A stretch of 64,000 nt of DNA from Desulfobacterales bacterium (GTDB lineage Bacteria; Desulfobacterota; Desulfobacteria; Desulfobacterales; UBA5852): the NCBI GenBank assembly GCA_049366795.1, contig JBMNCP010000062.1, positions 6,201-70,200 of the forward strand. The letters run 5' to 3'. A model generated the notes under the pieces. It had not been told where the DNA came from. It made no database searches and was given only the letters and a program-made list of their open reading frames with translations. Below, piece after piece: positions 11,016 through 20,693 of the stretch. Made by a program: the position numbers and the translations under genes. The stretch's first letter is position 1. Each line of letters starts with the position of its first letter.

Positions 11016-12320
11016 ATGGACATGAGCGATACTACTGCGGGACGATGGAAGCGATTCGGGCGCTGGTTGCAAAAAAAAGGAGAGGGTGTGCCGATGTTGG
11101 CATGGCTTTCCGGAGGCCTGCTGGCGGTCCTGCTCGAACAGTTTTTCGGAGACCTCCTTGCCTATCTGGTCGGCTTGCCCAAGATACCGGTTCTCTTCGG
11201 ATTTGTGATCATGTTGAAACAACCGGCACTGATTCCCAGCGCCGTGGTTTATGTTTTTCTCATCTATGTGGTCCCGATTTTCTTCATCGGCCGGTTGAAC
11301 CGGCGCTGGGCCAACGCGGTGGCGGGAAGCCTGCTGCGGATGCCGAGTTGGATTTCGGTGGTGGTGCATGTGGTTTTCTTCTATCTCATCCTGCATCTTT
11401 GGGCCGATGTCAGCGCCTACCGCGTGCTGTCCCTGAAGCTGACGTTGATCGCGGTGATGCTCACCCTCAGCCTGAATGTCATCAACGGCTATATGGGAGA
11501 GTTCTCCTGCTCCCACCCCGGATTCATGGCGCTGGGAGCCTATGCGGCGTCGGTATTTACGGTCGGGCTCTTCGTCAATGACAAGCTTTATGGAAATGCC
11601 CTGCTGCCTCCCGCGCTGGGTCCTTATCTTTTCCCAGTGGGTCTGATCTTCGGAGGGCTGGTTGCCTCGCTCGGGGCGTTGGCCATAGCGATCCCATCCT
11701 TCAAAACGCGGGGAGACTATCTGGCGATCATCTCCCTGGCCTTTCTCTTCATCGTCAAGAGTTTGATCGAAAACCTCGAATTCGTCGGAGGCCCCCGGGG
11801 ACTCAGCAGCCAACCGGATTACGCAGGGCTGCCGATCGTCTTCGGCTGGACCGTGCTTTGCGTCTGGGTGATCAACAACTTCGTTGGATCGACGCTTGGA
11901 AAAGCGCTGAATGCCGTTCGTGACGACGAACTGGCGGCCGAAGCCATGACCGTCGACACCCGCCGGACCAAGATGACCGCCTTCCTGTTTGCCGCCTTCT
12001 GGGCCGGGGTGGCGGGAGGATTGTTTGCCCATGTGCTGCGGTACGTGAATCCCAGCACCTTCGGAATTCAGAAGCTGGCGGAAGTGCTGGCCATGGTTTA
12101 CTTCGGAGGACTCAATTCCGTCTACGGCTCGATCGTGGGCGCGCTGAGTCTCAGCCTGCTGGGCGAAGCCCTGAGGCCGCTGGAGATCTATAAATGGATC
12201 ATCATACCGCTGATGCTCATCCTGGTGATGATCTACAGGCCGACCGGGCTTATCGCCTTCAAGGAGTTCGATGTCGTCGCCCTGATTCAACCCAAACGCA
12301 AACCTGGAGAAGAGGTGTAG
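11016..12320 (+). CDS. livM: Branched-chain amino-acid ABC transporter permease
   Basis: 434-aa membrane protein with the LivM-type core (NVINGYMGEFSCSHPGFMALGAYA). Located between livH and livG. Confidence 0.85.
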   Translation: MDMSDTTAGRWKRFGRWLQKKGEGVPMLAWLSGGLLAVLLEQFFGDLLAYLVGLPKIPVLFGFVIMLKQPALIPSAVVYVFLIYVVPIFFIGRLNRRWANAVAGSLLRMPSWISVVVHVVFFYLILHLWADVSAYRVLSLKLTLIAVMLTLSLNVINGYMGEFSCSHPGFMALGAYAASVFTVGLFVNDKLYGNALLPPALGPYLFPVGLIFGGLVASLGALAIAIPSFKTRGDYLAIISLAFLFIVKSLIENLEFVGGPRGLSSQPDYAGLPIVFGWTVLCVWVINNFVGSTLGKALNAVRDDELAAEAMTVDTRRTKMTAFLFAAFWAGVAGGLFAHVLRYVNPSTFGIQKLAEVLAMVYFGGLNSVYGSIVGALSLSLLGEALRPLEIYKWIIIPLMLILVMIYRPTGLIAFKEFDVVALIQPKRKPGEEV

Positions 12321-12321
12321 A

Positions 12322-13092
12322 ATGGCTTTGCTACGGGTAGACCACATGACCCACTACTTCGGCGGGCTGAGGGCCGTTCACGGTTTCAATCTCGACCTCG
12401 AGCCCGGTCAGATCCGGGGGCTTATCGGTCCGAATGGGGCCGGCAAAACGACCGTCTTCAACCTGCTCACCGGCATTTACACACCCACGGAAGGGCGGAT
12501 CTTCCTGGACGGCGAGGACATTACCGGGCTGAAGCCCAATCAGGTCGCGTCGAAAGGACTGGGGAGGACGTTTCAGAACATTGCCCTGTGGCGGCACATG
12601 ACCGTCCTGGAACACGTGAAAATGGCCCGCTATTCAAGAATCTCCTATGGCCTCGCCGGCGCGTTCTTCGGCACCTCAAAACGGCGGAAGCAGGAAGCCG
12701 AAAACGAGGCGCTGGCCCTCGAATTGCTGAATCTGGTCGGGATCGGACACCTGGCGGATCAGGTGGTGACCAACCTCCCGTATGGCGCGCAGCGTCGGGT
12801 GGAGATGGCCCGGGCATTGGCGACAGAACCCAAGGTGTTGTTCCTGGACGAACCCACGGCCGGCATGAACCCGGACGAACTCATCCAGATGATGAACACG
12901 TTCAGGCAGATTCACGAAAAGTTCGGCATGGCCATCTTTCTCATCGAACACCGGTTGAAAATGGTGATGGAACTCTGCCACCGGGTTCAGACGCTGGTTT
13001 TCGGCGAAGTCATCGCCGAGGGTACGCCGGAGGAGATTCAGGAGAATCCAAAAGTGATCGAGGCTTATCTGGGCAAGGAGGCGGTGGATTAA
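12322..13092 (+). CDS. livG: Branched-chain amino-acid ABC transporter ATP-binding protein
   Basis: Walker A GPNGAGKTT, Walker B LFLDEPTAGMNP, and a LivG-type C-terminus (VIEAYLG). Confidence 0.9.
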   Translation: MALLRVDHMTHYFGGLRAVHGFNLDLEPGQIRGLIGPNGAGKTTVFNLLTGIYTPTEGRIFLDGEDITGLKPNQVASKGLGRTFQNIALWRHMTVLEHVKMARYSRISYGLAGAFFGTSKRRKQEAENEALALELLNLVGIGHLADQVVTNLPYGAQRRVEMARALATEPKVLFLDEPTAGMNPDELIQMMNTFRQIHEKFGMAIFLIEHRLKMVMELCHRVQTLVFGEVIAEGTPEEIQENPKVIEAYLGKEAVD

Positions 13093-13805
13093 TGTTATCA
13101 GTGGAGAATCTGCATGTTTCATACGGCAACATCCGGGCACTTCACGGCATCTCCTTCTCAATCGATGCCGGCGAGATCGTCTGCATCATCGGGGCCAATG
13201 GGGCTGGGAAGAGCACGACCCTGAGAGCCGTTTCCCGGCTGGTTCCCGTGCATGGCAACAGCCGGTTGACCTATGACGGAAAGGACCTGTTGACCTACTC
13301 CGCGGACAAGGTGGTCAGTGAATTGGGGATCACCCACGTCCCCGAGGGCCGCAGGCTTTTCGGAAATTTGACGGTGATGGAAAACCTGGTACTGGCCACC
13401 TTTGCCCGGAAGGACAAGGAAGGCATCCAGCGGGATCTGGAAAAGGTCTTTTCAGTTTTCCCGCGCTTGAAGGAGCGGGAAATCCAGAAATCCGGCACGC
13501 TGAGCGGCGGTGAACAACAGATGCTCGCCATCGGACGCGCTTTTATGAGCGGAAGAAAGATCATGCTCCTGGATGAACCTTCCATGGGCCTGGCACCGCT
13601 GCTCATGTTGAACGTGTTCGAGGCGCTGAAAGAGATCAACCAGCAGGAAGGGACCGCCATTCTGCTCGTAGAACAGAACGCTCGCCTTGCCCTTCAGTTT
13701 TCCCAGCGGGGGTATGTGCTGGAAAACGGCAACCTGGTGCTGCAAGGCAAATCGTCCGATCTGCTGAAGGACCCGGAGGTCAAAAAGGCCTATCTCGGCG
13801 GCTGA
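13092..13805 (+). CDS. livF: Branched-chain amino-acid ABC transporter ATP-binding protein
   Basis: Start MLSVENLHVSYG at ATG 13092, overlapping the livG stop. Walker A GANGAGKST, signature LSGGEQQML, Walker B LLDEPSMGLAP. The track ORF from 12588 is a spurious 5' extension. Confidence 0.9.
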   Translation: MLSVENLHVSYGNIRALHGISFSIDAGEIVCIIGANGAGKSTTLRAVSRLVPVHGNSRLTYDGKDLLTYSADKVVSELGITHVPEGRRLFGNLTVMENLVLATFARKDKEGIQRDLEKVFSVFPRLKEREIQKSGTLSGGEQQMLAIGRAFMSGRKIMLLDEPSMGLAPLLMLNVFEALKEINQQEGTAILLVEQNARLALQFSQRGYVLENGNLVLQGKSSDLLKDPEVKKAYLGG

Positions 13806-14163
13806 GACCTGTCCTTCTCCGGATTTTGGAAATATGCCCGCATTCAAATCCGCGACGGCCCATCCATACCCCGGTCTCGGATTGGAAAGATAAAAGTCTT
13901 TGAGTTTTCGCGGTCGGTCCGGGCCATCGCCGTTCTTACCACCCGCCGGATGATCCGCTGTCAAGGATCATCCGATATCTTTTCATTCGAAAGTTCCGCG
14001 GCTGGAATCGGCCCCCGATTCGATGCACTCGATGGGTTCCATCCAGCACCCATGCCATTTCCTCCCTGTCGATGGCCATCGAGTTCGGTTTTGACCTGCA
14101 GGACTCCTGTGGTTATTTTATTATGATCTCTTCCCAAGAGTGTTGGCGTAAATGGGAAGCGGC

Positions 14164-14287
14164 CGAGGGGTCCAGGTCTCGAGGGTTCGAGGCAGGTGCA
14201 GAAACACGGCAGGGATCGCCACCCAAGAAAGTCATAAAATTACTTTATATTACCAAGCGCTTGATCCCTTGACGCCTGGACCCCTCG
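14164..14287. repeat. Perfect 13-bp inverted repeat enclosing a 98-bp AT-richer spacer
   Basis: CGAGGGGTCCAGG (14164-14176) and CCTGGACCCCTCG (14275-14287). The arms extend imperfectly to about 22 bp. Confidence 0.8.
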
Positions 14288-14338
14288 ATCCCTTTGTGTC
14301 GACCCCGATCACGATACCGATACCGATGGAGCCCTCAC

Positions 14339-14358
14339 CGAAACGATTCCGTTGGCGT
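14339..14358. repeat. Dispersed intergenic repeat, copy 1 (20-nt identical core)
   Basis: CGAAACGATTCCGTTGGCGT is identical to 40273-40292. Flanking similarity also exists (TCGACCC(C)GATC, CCGATGGRG). Confidence 0.85.
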
Positions 14359-14389
14359 TGGCAATCTTTATGGGTTTCAAGGAACAGCT

Positions 14390-15286
14390 ATGGAAGACAA
14401 GGCGCGTGCGGCGGTGTGGGGCGGATTCGTCGCCGATTCATTGGCACTGGGAGCCCACTGGATCTATGATGTCGATCGCATCGACCAGGAGATCGGGCGC
14501 GTCGATCGTCTGATGGATCCTCCGAAAGGATCCTACCACGCCGGCAGGGCTAAGGGAGATCTCACCCACTACGGAGACCAGATGCGAGTGCTGCTCGAAT
14601 CGGTATCCGCGACTGGAACCTATGACCAGATCCATTTCTTCACGGCCTGGAAACAACTGTTTTCGGAATATGATGGATATGTGGATCGTGCCACCAGGGA
14701 TACGCTCGGGAACATCGAATCCGGAAATCCCCCCGAGGCGGCAGGATCTGCTTCCGGCGATCTGAGCGGCGCATCGAGGGTAGCCGCATTGAGCTACCAC
14801 TACCGCAACGATTCAACCGGATTCGTAGTTGCGGCGCGATCTCAGACCGCAATGACGCACAATCATCCGCAGGTTATTGAAAGTGCTGAATTTTTCGCCC
14901 AATTGATATCGGGGGTCGTTTCCGGAGGCAAGCCGGCGGCGACGATAGCGGCGATCCGGCGACGACTTCCTCCGGATTCACGGCTTGGGAAATGGATTGA
15001 CCATGGGCTGGACAGTGCCGGAGTCGATACCCGATCCGCCATCAGAAAATTTGGCCAGATGTGTGACGTGACGGCCGGATTTCCATGCGTGATTCATCTG
15101 ATCGCCCGATACGAGAACCATCTGAGGGAAGCCCTGATCGAGAACGTGATGGCCGGAGGGGATTCTGCGGCGAGAGGCATACTGGTGGGTGCGATTCTGG
15201 GCGCCGATGCGGGGACCGGGGGCATCCCCGGCGACTGGGTGACGGGTCTGCGGGGTTATGAGCGAATACGGGATCTCATCCGATGA
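14390..15286 (+). CDS. ADP-ribosylglycohydrolase family protein
   Basis: MEDKARAAVWGGFVADSLALGAHWIYD N-terminus and C-terminal AGGDSAARGILVGAILGA are typical of the ARH family. The track start at 14294 runs through the repeat region. Confidence 0.75.
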   Translation: MEDKARAAVWGGFVADSLALGAHWIYDVDRIDQEIGRVDRLMDPPKGSYHAGRAKGDLTHYGDQMRVLLESVSATGTYDQIHFFTAWKQLFSEYDGYVDRATRDTLGNIESGNPPEAAGSASGDLSGASRVAALSYHYRNDSTGFVVAARSQTAMTHNHPQVIESAEFFAQLISGVVSGGKPAATIAAIRRRLPPDSRLGKWIDHGLDSAGVDTRSAIRKFGQMCDVTAGFPCVIHLIARYENHLREALIENVMAGGDSAARGILVGAILGADAGTGGIPGDWVTGLRGYERIRDLIR

Positions 15287-15723
15287 AATGGTTATGGTGG
15301 GTCCTTGCACTCGCTTATCTGCTATTTCCCTTTGACCTGCTGCCGGATTTTGCGATCGGATTGGGATGGATCGATGACCTGATAATACTTCTTCTCATTT
15401 ATTTCCTTGGCCTTCGGTCAGTCGGGAAACCCGACAGAGAATCCTTCCAAAATGACGAGAATCGCTTCCGGGAAGGCGGCGATCCAGCTGGCCAGCGAAC
15501 CGACTCGAACAACGGCAGATGGACCGCCCAGGATCCCCATGCCATCCTGGGCGTAAGGCCGGGGGCGTCGTCCGAGGAAATCCAGAAGGCCTTTCACCGT
15601 CTGGCGACGCAATACCACCCCGACAAGGTGGCGCATCTTGGGGAGGAATTTCGAAATCTGGCCGAGGAAAAATTCAAAAAAATCCAGAACGCCTATGACC
15701 GTTTGAAACAACGGGAGCTCTGA
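15283..15723 (+). CDS. DUF1232 (YkvA-like) membrane domain fused to a DnaJ J-domain
   Basis: The N-terminus LLFPFDLLPDFAIGLGWIDDL is the DUF1232 signature. The C-terminus DPHAILGVRPGASSEEIQKAFHRLATQYHPDKV is a J-domain with HPD. ATGA overlap with the upstream gene. Confidence 0.8.
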   Translation: MKWLWWVLALAYLLFPFDLLPDFAIGLGWIDDLIILLLIYFLGLRSVGKPDRESFQNDENRFREGGDPAGQRTDSNNGRWTAQDPHAILGVRPGASSEEIQKAFHRLATQYHPDKVAHLGEEFRNLAEEKFKKIQNAYDRLKQREL

Positions 15724-15784
15724 GTATCGGAAATTATTTGTTTTTTAAGGTAATCGCTTTAATTGTGAGAGTGGTTTAATTTCC

Positions 15785-15813
15785 TTGACTTTTAAAATGC
15801 ACCTTTCTAAGAT
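15785..15813 (+). promoter_or_regulatory. Sigma70-like promoter for cspA with a long 5' UTR
   Basis: TTGACT (15785-15790), 17-nt spacer, TAAGAT (15808-15813), in an AT-rich intergenic region about 130 nt upstream of the csp start. Confidence 0.45.
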
Positions 15814-15943
15814 ATATAACATCTACAAAATATTAACTATTTCGATTTTCACAGGATAGCCTGCCCGGCTATCGAGAAGGTGCAGAGCCATTCGGGGATC
15901 GGCCTGCCAGGAGATGACCAGCGGTTGGAAAGGAGAAAGGGTT

Positions 15944-16144
15944 TTGGCAAACGGTACAGTGAAATGGTTCAATGACAAGAAGGGCTATGGTTTCATTGAG
16001 AGGGAAGAAGGAGGAGACATCTTCGTTCACTACTCGGCGATCACGATGCCCGGGTTCAAAACGCTCACTGAAGGGGAGCAGGTTTCCTTTGAGGTGGAGA
16101 ATGGTGATCGGGGGCCGGCCGCCAAGAATGTGACAAGGATCTGA
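15944..16144 (+). CDS. cspA: Cold-shock protein (CspA family)
   Basis: [16 protein letters not shown] (RNP1) and DIFVHYS (RNP2). The TTG at 15944 is preceded by AGGAG at 15931-15935 and gives the canonical ~66 aa. An alternative upstream ATG at 15914 is in frame. Confidence 0.9.
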   Translation: MANGTVKWFNDKKGYGFIEREEGGDIFVHYSAITMPGFKTLTEGEQVSFEVENGDRGPAAKNVTRI

Positions 16145-16179
16145 TTCAGGGGAAGTTCAACAGGGTTGAAATTCGATGG

Positions 16180-16209
16180 AATCCCGTCCGGGTTGCCCCG
16201 GACGGGATT
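16180..16209. terminator. Bidirectional stem-loop terminator between convergent cspA and the RecA-like ATPase gene
   Basis: Perfect 13-bp stem AATCCCGTCCGGG / CCCGGACGGGATT with loop TTGC. Followed by a T-rich tract on the + strand. Confidence 0.6.
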
Positions 16210-16278
16210 TCTGTTGCGGGGGTATCGGATACGGGCACGAATCCGAAGGGCCGGCAGGCGGCTCGGGCAGGGGAGCCA

Positions 16279-17127
16279 TCAAGCCGGTTCCCGGGCCGTC
16301 CCGTTATTCACCAGCATGGTCGATGGATCCAGTCGGAGGTCGGTTTTGGCATTTTCCCGGCTGCCGCCGATCAATGCATCCACGTGGATATCCTTGCCGT
16401 CGGGGACCAGCTGAAGTGCCGCTTCGAACAGATCCGCAACCGATTCCAATTGAACCGGCACTCCGGAAGCGCCGGGCGTCTCATGGCGATGGGTGCGGAC
16501 CGTAAACCAGACGTGGGTCTTGAAGGCACCCGCCAATCGCTTGAGAGCGGTCAATTCACCCCGAATGTTGGCGTCGAAAGGCATCCCATCGATGATGATC
16601 ATGTCCGGGGTGAAAATGTTCTGGGAGGTGAGATCCGTCAGTCGCTCCTCCAGCTTGGGAACGCTGAAACCTTCGACCTGAAAGGTCATGATGAAACGAT
16701 GGGGAAGCAGCGTCTCCCACAGCTGGTGAGCCTGCTTGACGTCATCTTCGCGGGTCAAATGGTGAAATACCTCTTCATACCAGAGTTTGACCTTGGTGAC
16801 CGGATCGTGAAGGCTGATGTGGAGAATGTTGAGCCCCCTGAGCATTTCGTTCAGCGCAATTTGAACCACGAAGGCGGTCTTTCCGACGCCGGCACGGGCA
16901 AGAACGGCACCAAAGCCGCCCGTGGTGAGCGTTTCTCCGCCCTCCAAGCCGACGAGCTTCAATGGGTTACGAAGGAGAAGATCCTTGGTGAGCATTTTCA
17001 GACTCCTTTCCCTGAGTCGGATAACGGGCGCATCGGCACCGCAGTCCATCCGCTTGAAGGTGCGCCTTTCGACCGGGACCACCGGCGAAGCGGGCATTCT
17101 GGGCGTGAACAGGTGGTTTTCTGTCAT
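16279..17127 (-). CDS. RecA-superfamily (KaiC/DnaB-C-terminal-like) ATPase
   Basis: Walker A ARAGVGKTAF and Walker B-like MIIIDGMPFD. Starts 42 nt downstream of the EF-G gene on the same strand. The start codon is uncertain (alternative MLTKDLL). Confidence 0.6.
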   Translation of the reverse strand: MTENHLFTPRMPASPVVPVERRTFKRMDCGADAPVIRLRERSLKMLTKDLLLRNPLKLVGLEGGETLTTGGFGAVLARAGVGKTAFVVQIALNEMLRGLNILHISLHDPVTKVKLWYEEVFHHLTREDDVKQAHQLWETLLPHRFIMTFQVEGFSVPKLEERLTDLTSQNIFTPDMIIIDGMPFDANIRGELTALKRLAGAFKTHVWFTVRTHRHETPGASGVPVQLESVADLFEAALQLVPDGKDIHVDALIGGSRENAKTDLRLDPSTMLVNNGTAREPA

Positions 17128-17168
17128 CGATCGGCAGCGTCAGCGCGCAAGCGGCGATCCCGCATGGA

Positions 17169-19265
17169 TCAGGCGACTTTCTTCTTTGCATCCGCGACCT
17201 TTTTGGCGATGTCCTCGGCCACGGATTGGGGAACTGGCCGGTAGGCGCAAAATTCCATGGTGAACTGTGCCTTGCCCTGGGTGGACGATCGGAGCACCGT
17301 GGAGTATCCGAACATTTCCGCCAGAGGCACCTGGGCTTCGATGACACACATTGGGCCTTCCTCCTGGGATCCGACGATCATCCCCCGCCGCTGGTTCAAC
17401 GTACCCATGACCGGTCCCTGGAATTCCGTGGGCGTCTCCACGACCACTTTCATCACCGGCTCCAGAATGACCGGTTTTGCCTTGGGGTACACCTCCTGGA
17501 AGGCGCCTCGAGCCGCCGCCTGGAACGCCATGTCCGAGGAGTCGACGGAGTGCGACGCGCCGTCATCGACGACAACCTTGATGCCGGTCAGCGGGAACTC
17601 CAGCTTCGGGCCCTTGGCCATGCACGCCCGAAACCCTTTTTCCACGGCCGGAATATACTGTGTCGGGATCGCACCTCCCACCACCTTGTTTTCAAAAACG
17701 AAGTCCGCGTCCTCGATGGGCTCGATCCAGCCCGCCACACGGCCGTACTGACCGGCGCCGCCGGTCTGCTTCTTGTGGGTATAATTGAACTCGGCCATCT
17801 GGGTGATGGCTTCCCGGTACGCCACCCTGGGCTGCCCTACGATGACCTCCGCCTGATACTCGCGTTTCATCCGTTCGACATAGACTTCCAGGTGGAGTTC
17901 GCCCATTCCGGAAATGATGGTGTCGCCGGTCTCGTCGCTGACGAACGTCTTGAACGTAGGGTCCTCTTTGGAGAAGCGGTTGAGCGCCTTGGACATGTTG
18001 ATTTCCGATTTGTTGTCCTTGGGCTGGATGGCCAGGGAAATCACCGGTTCCGGAACGAACATGGACGTCATCGTGAGCGAGGTTCCCGGGGTGACGAAGG
18101 TATCGCCGGAGGCGCAATCGATGCCGAACAGGGCGCCGATGTAGCCGGCCGGAATGGACGAGATGTCTTCCATCTGATCGGCGTGCATTCGAATGACCCT
18201 GCCGACCTTGACTTTCTTCCCCGTGCGGATGTTGACGACCGTATCTCCCTTCGCCAGGGTTCCCTGGTAGACGCGAATGTAAGTCAACTGCCCATAGGGG
18301 CCGTCTTCGAGTTTGAAGGCGAGGGCCACCGTGGGTTTCCCGGGATCGCCGGAAAGCGTGACTTCCGCGCCGTCCCGGTCCATGTCCATGGCGATGTTTT
18401 CGACGTCAGGCGGGGCGGGCAATAGGGCATTGACCATGTCGAGAAGCGGTTGAATGCCCTTGTTCTTGTATGCCGAGCCCATCAGCACCGGTGTGATCTG
18501 CCGCTTCAGGACGCCGGTCCGCAGAGCGGAGAGAATCATGTCCGGGGTCACTTCGCGTTCTTCCAGAATCGCCTCTGTAAGTGCATCGGAAGAAAGCGAG
18601 GCGGCGTCGATGAGGGATTCTCGAAGTTTCCTGGCATCGGCCATCAGGGCCTCCGGAACGGCCTCCTCTCGAACCGTCTCACCGTTGGCCCCGTCGAAGT
18701 AGAGCGCCGTCATGCGGACCAGATCGATCACGCCGCTGAAGTCGGCTTCGAGCCCGATGGGCATCTGAAGGAGCACGGCATTGTGACCGAGCTTTTCCCT
18801 GAGCTGATCGACAACCCGGTGGGGACTGGCACCGCTGCGGTCACATTTGTTGATGAACGCGATGCAGGGAACCTTGTAGCGCTTCATCTGCTGATCCACT
18901 GTAATCGATTGGGACTGGACGCCCCCAACCGAGCAGAGCACCAGAATGGCGCCATCCAAGACCCGAAGGGACCGCTCGACCTCAATGGTGAAGTCCACGT
19001 GCCCCGGGGTATCGATTATGTTGATTTCATGGCCCTTCCATTCACAGAAGGTGGCGGCTGAGGCTATGGTGATGCCCCGCTCCTTTTCCAACTCCATGGA
19101 ATCCATTGTTGCGCCGACACCGTCTTTTCCCTTGACGTCGTGAATTGCATGGATGCGATTGGTGTAAAACAACACCCGCTCGGTCAAAGTGGTCTTGCCG
19201 GAGTCGATGTGAGCGCTGATGCCGATGTTTCTAACCTTCTGGATTTCCTTTTTCATCTGTGCCAT
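17169..19265 (-). CDS. fusA: Elongation factor G paralog (not in an str operon context)
   Basis: G1 [10 protein letters not shown]3 DTPGHVDF, G4 NKCD, with full domains II-V. Preferred start [19 protein letters not shown] (ATG 19265). Divergent [14 protein letters not shown] in place of the usual MDWMEQE-type motif. Confidence 0.9.
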   Translation of the reverse strand: MAQMKKEIQKVRNIGISAHIDSGKTTLTERVLFYTNRIHAIHDVKGKDGVGATMDSMELEKERGITIASAATFCEWKGHEINIIDTPGHVDFTIEVERSLRVLDGAILVLCSVGGVQSQSITVDQQMKRYKVPCIAFINKCDRSGASPHRVVDQLREKLGHNAVLLQMPIGLEADFSGVIDLVRMTALYFDGANGETVREEAVPEALMADARKLRESLIDAASLSSDALTEAILEEREVTPDMILSALRTGVLKRQITPVLMGSAYKNKGIQPLLDMVNALLPAPPDVENIAMDMDRDGAEVTLSGDPGKPTVALAFKLEDGPYGQLTYIRVYQGTLAKGDTVVNIRTGKKVKVGRVIRMHADQMEDISSIPAGYIGALFGIDCASGDTFVTPGTSLTMTSMFVPEPVISLAIQPKDNKSEINMSKALNRFSKEDPTFKTFVSDETGDTIISGMGELHLEVYVERMKREYQAEVIVGQPRVAYREAITQMAEFNYTHKKQTGGAGQYGRVAGWIEPIEDADFVFENKVVGGAIPTQYIPAVEKGFRACMAKGPKLEFPLTGIKVVVDDGASHSVDSSDMAFQAAARGAFQEVYPKAKPVILEPVMKVVVETPTEFQGPVMGTLNQRRGMIVGSQEEGPMCVIEAQVPLAEMFGYSTVLRSSTQGKAQFTMEFCAYRPVPQSVAEDIAKKVADAKKKVA

Positions 19266-19384
19266 TTCACTGTTCTCTTCTCTGGGTCCTTCCCTGTACG
19301 TGCCGGAATCGGTTGACGGCTTCCCCGCGACCCATTCGGTGCCGGCCATGAGGAGCCGGCGATTGAATGTCGGTTGTGCGGAAA

Positions 19385-19426
19385 CGAAAACAAAAAACCC
19401 TTCACCCGACCCGCTACGGTTGAAGG
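19385..19426 (-). terminator. Putative rho-independent terminator downstream of the Smr gene
   Basis: On the minus strand: CCTTCAACC...GGGTGAAGG stem (one mismatch) followed by GTTTTTTGTTTTCG. Confidence 0.5.
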
Positions 19427-19502
19427 ATTGATAAAGCTCTGCCAGAAAAATTTATAATTTCTACTTCCTATCCGGTATCATGTCAACCCCTAAAATCGGA
19501 TT

Positions 19503-20201
19503 CTAGTATTTTTTCCCTGAACGCCGACGCCGCCGCTGGAGTGGATTCGGACGCAAAAGGACATAGGTGGCTCCGGGTCCTCCATCACACGCCCTGGCGG
19601 AAGCAAACGCTGCGACCCACTTTCGCCATGGGCTGCTGGTCAGCCATTTGACGACGCCGGCTTTGAGCACCGGCTCCCCTCGAGAGGAAAGCCCCCGGCC
19701 ATGGATGACCATGACCGCATTTTTCCGCGTTCTGACGGCTCTGCGCAGGAATTGATCCAAGGCCGTTTTGGCTTCCCGTACCGTCAGGCCGTGCAGGTCG
19801 ATCTGATCCTGAACCGTGAAATGACCCTGATGCAGCCTTCGGGCAATCTCGGGGTGGAGGCGGTCGTCCGTCCCCTCGATGTACTCGTCGGTCTGAGCCC
19901 ATGAGAACCCGGTGCCGTCTCCGATCAGGGCCCTCAGCCGTTCGAGGACTTGCTGCTCTTCGCTCGCGTAGGCCCTCTTCCCCGGGGACGGTCGACTGCC
20001 CCGGAGACCGGAGAGGCGGTCGTGCCGGCGGCGAAGCGGGGTGACGCCTTCCATTGCCTTGAAGAACAGCGTTCGGTCATCCATGCCGTCGCCATCGATA
20101 TCCGGCGCCTGAAGCGCAGGACCGGACTCCAGGGGGATTTCCTTCTCCTGAAAAAGGGATTTCAGATGCCTGAAAGGCTTGAAGGCACCGGAGGATTTCA
20201 T
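19503..20201 (-). CDS. Smr (MutS2 C-terminal-like) domain protein
   Basis: C-terminal DLHGLTVREAKTALDQFL...VMVIHGRGLSS is the Smr domain signature. Confidence 0.8.
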   Translation of the reverse strand: MKSSGAFKPFRHLKSLFQEKEIPLESGPALQAPDIDGDGMDDRTLFFKAMEGVTPLRRRHDRLSGLRGSRPSPGKRAYASEEQQVLERLRALIGDGTGFSWAQTDEYIEGTDDRLHPEIARRLHQGHFTVQDQIDLHGLTVREAKTALDQFLRRAVRTRKNAVMVIHGRGLSSRGEPVLKAGVVKWLTSSPWRKWVAAFASARACDGGPGATYVLLRPNPLQRRRRRSGKKY

Positions 20202-20693
20202 GAAACCTTCGAAATGTCGAACGTCTACGGGTTGATCAAAGCTCAGGATGCACTGAGGGGTTCAGGCCGGAATCCATGCTTTGGTGTGAACGGCTTTCAT
20301 GATATGCGCCTCTATCTGGTTTTGGGACCGACCGGGACGAAGTAACCAGCAAACGTCGAACAGCGGCAGCGGAAGCAGGAGAAGATTGAGAAGGTCAACC
20401 GGCCTCCTTATTAACAGGTGCGATCGCATCGGTCAATGCCGTGAGGCGATCCCGTCATTCCCCGCCTTCGCCGCGGGGAACCACTTGACTCTCCAAGGGA
20501 ATTGGGGTCTTATAGCCCGGCACGCCTTACTGAACCGGCTGCAGACAGCACATGCCGGCCGATCGGAATCGATGGCATTTTCGATCGGAGAGGATCGGGC
20601 AAGATGGGTCGTTGAGACCCCTCCGACCGCCGATGACTTGTGTTGGGATCGGTCAAGGATTTTCACCGGTACTTCCGAGAAGGGAAATTCCTG

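Noticed and set aside
20202-20693. Possible riboswitch or ncRNA in the long divergent region between the Smr and acetyl-CoA hydrolase genes (hairpins at 20458-20480 and around 20553-20585)
   Set aside because: Only short generic hairpins are present, and I recognised no conserved riboswitch core. Insufficient evidence without covariance-model searches.
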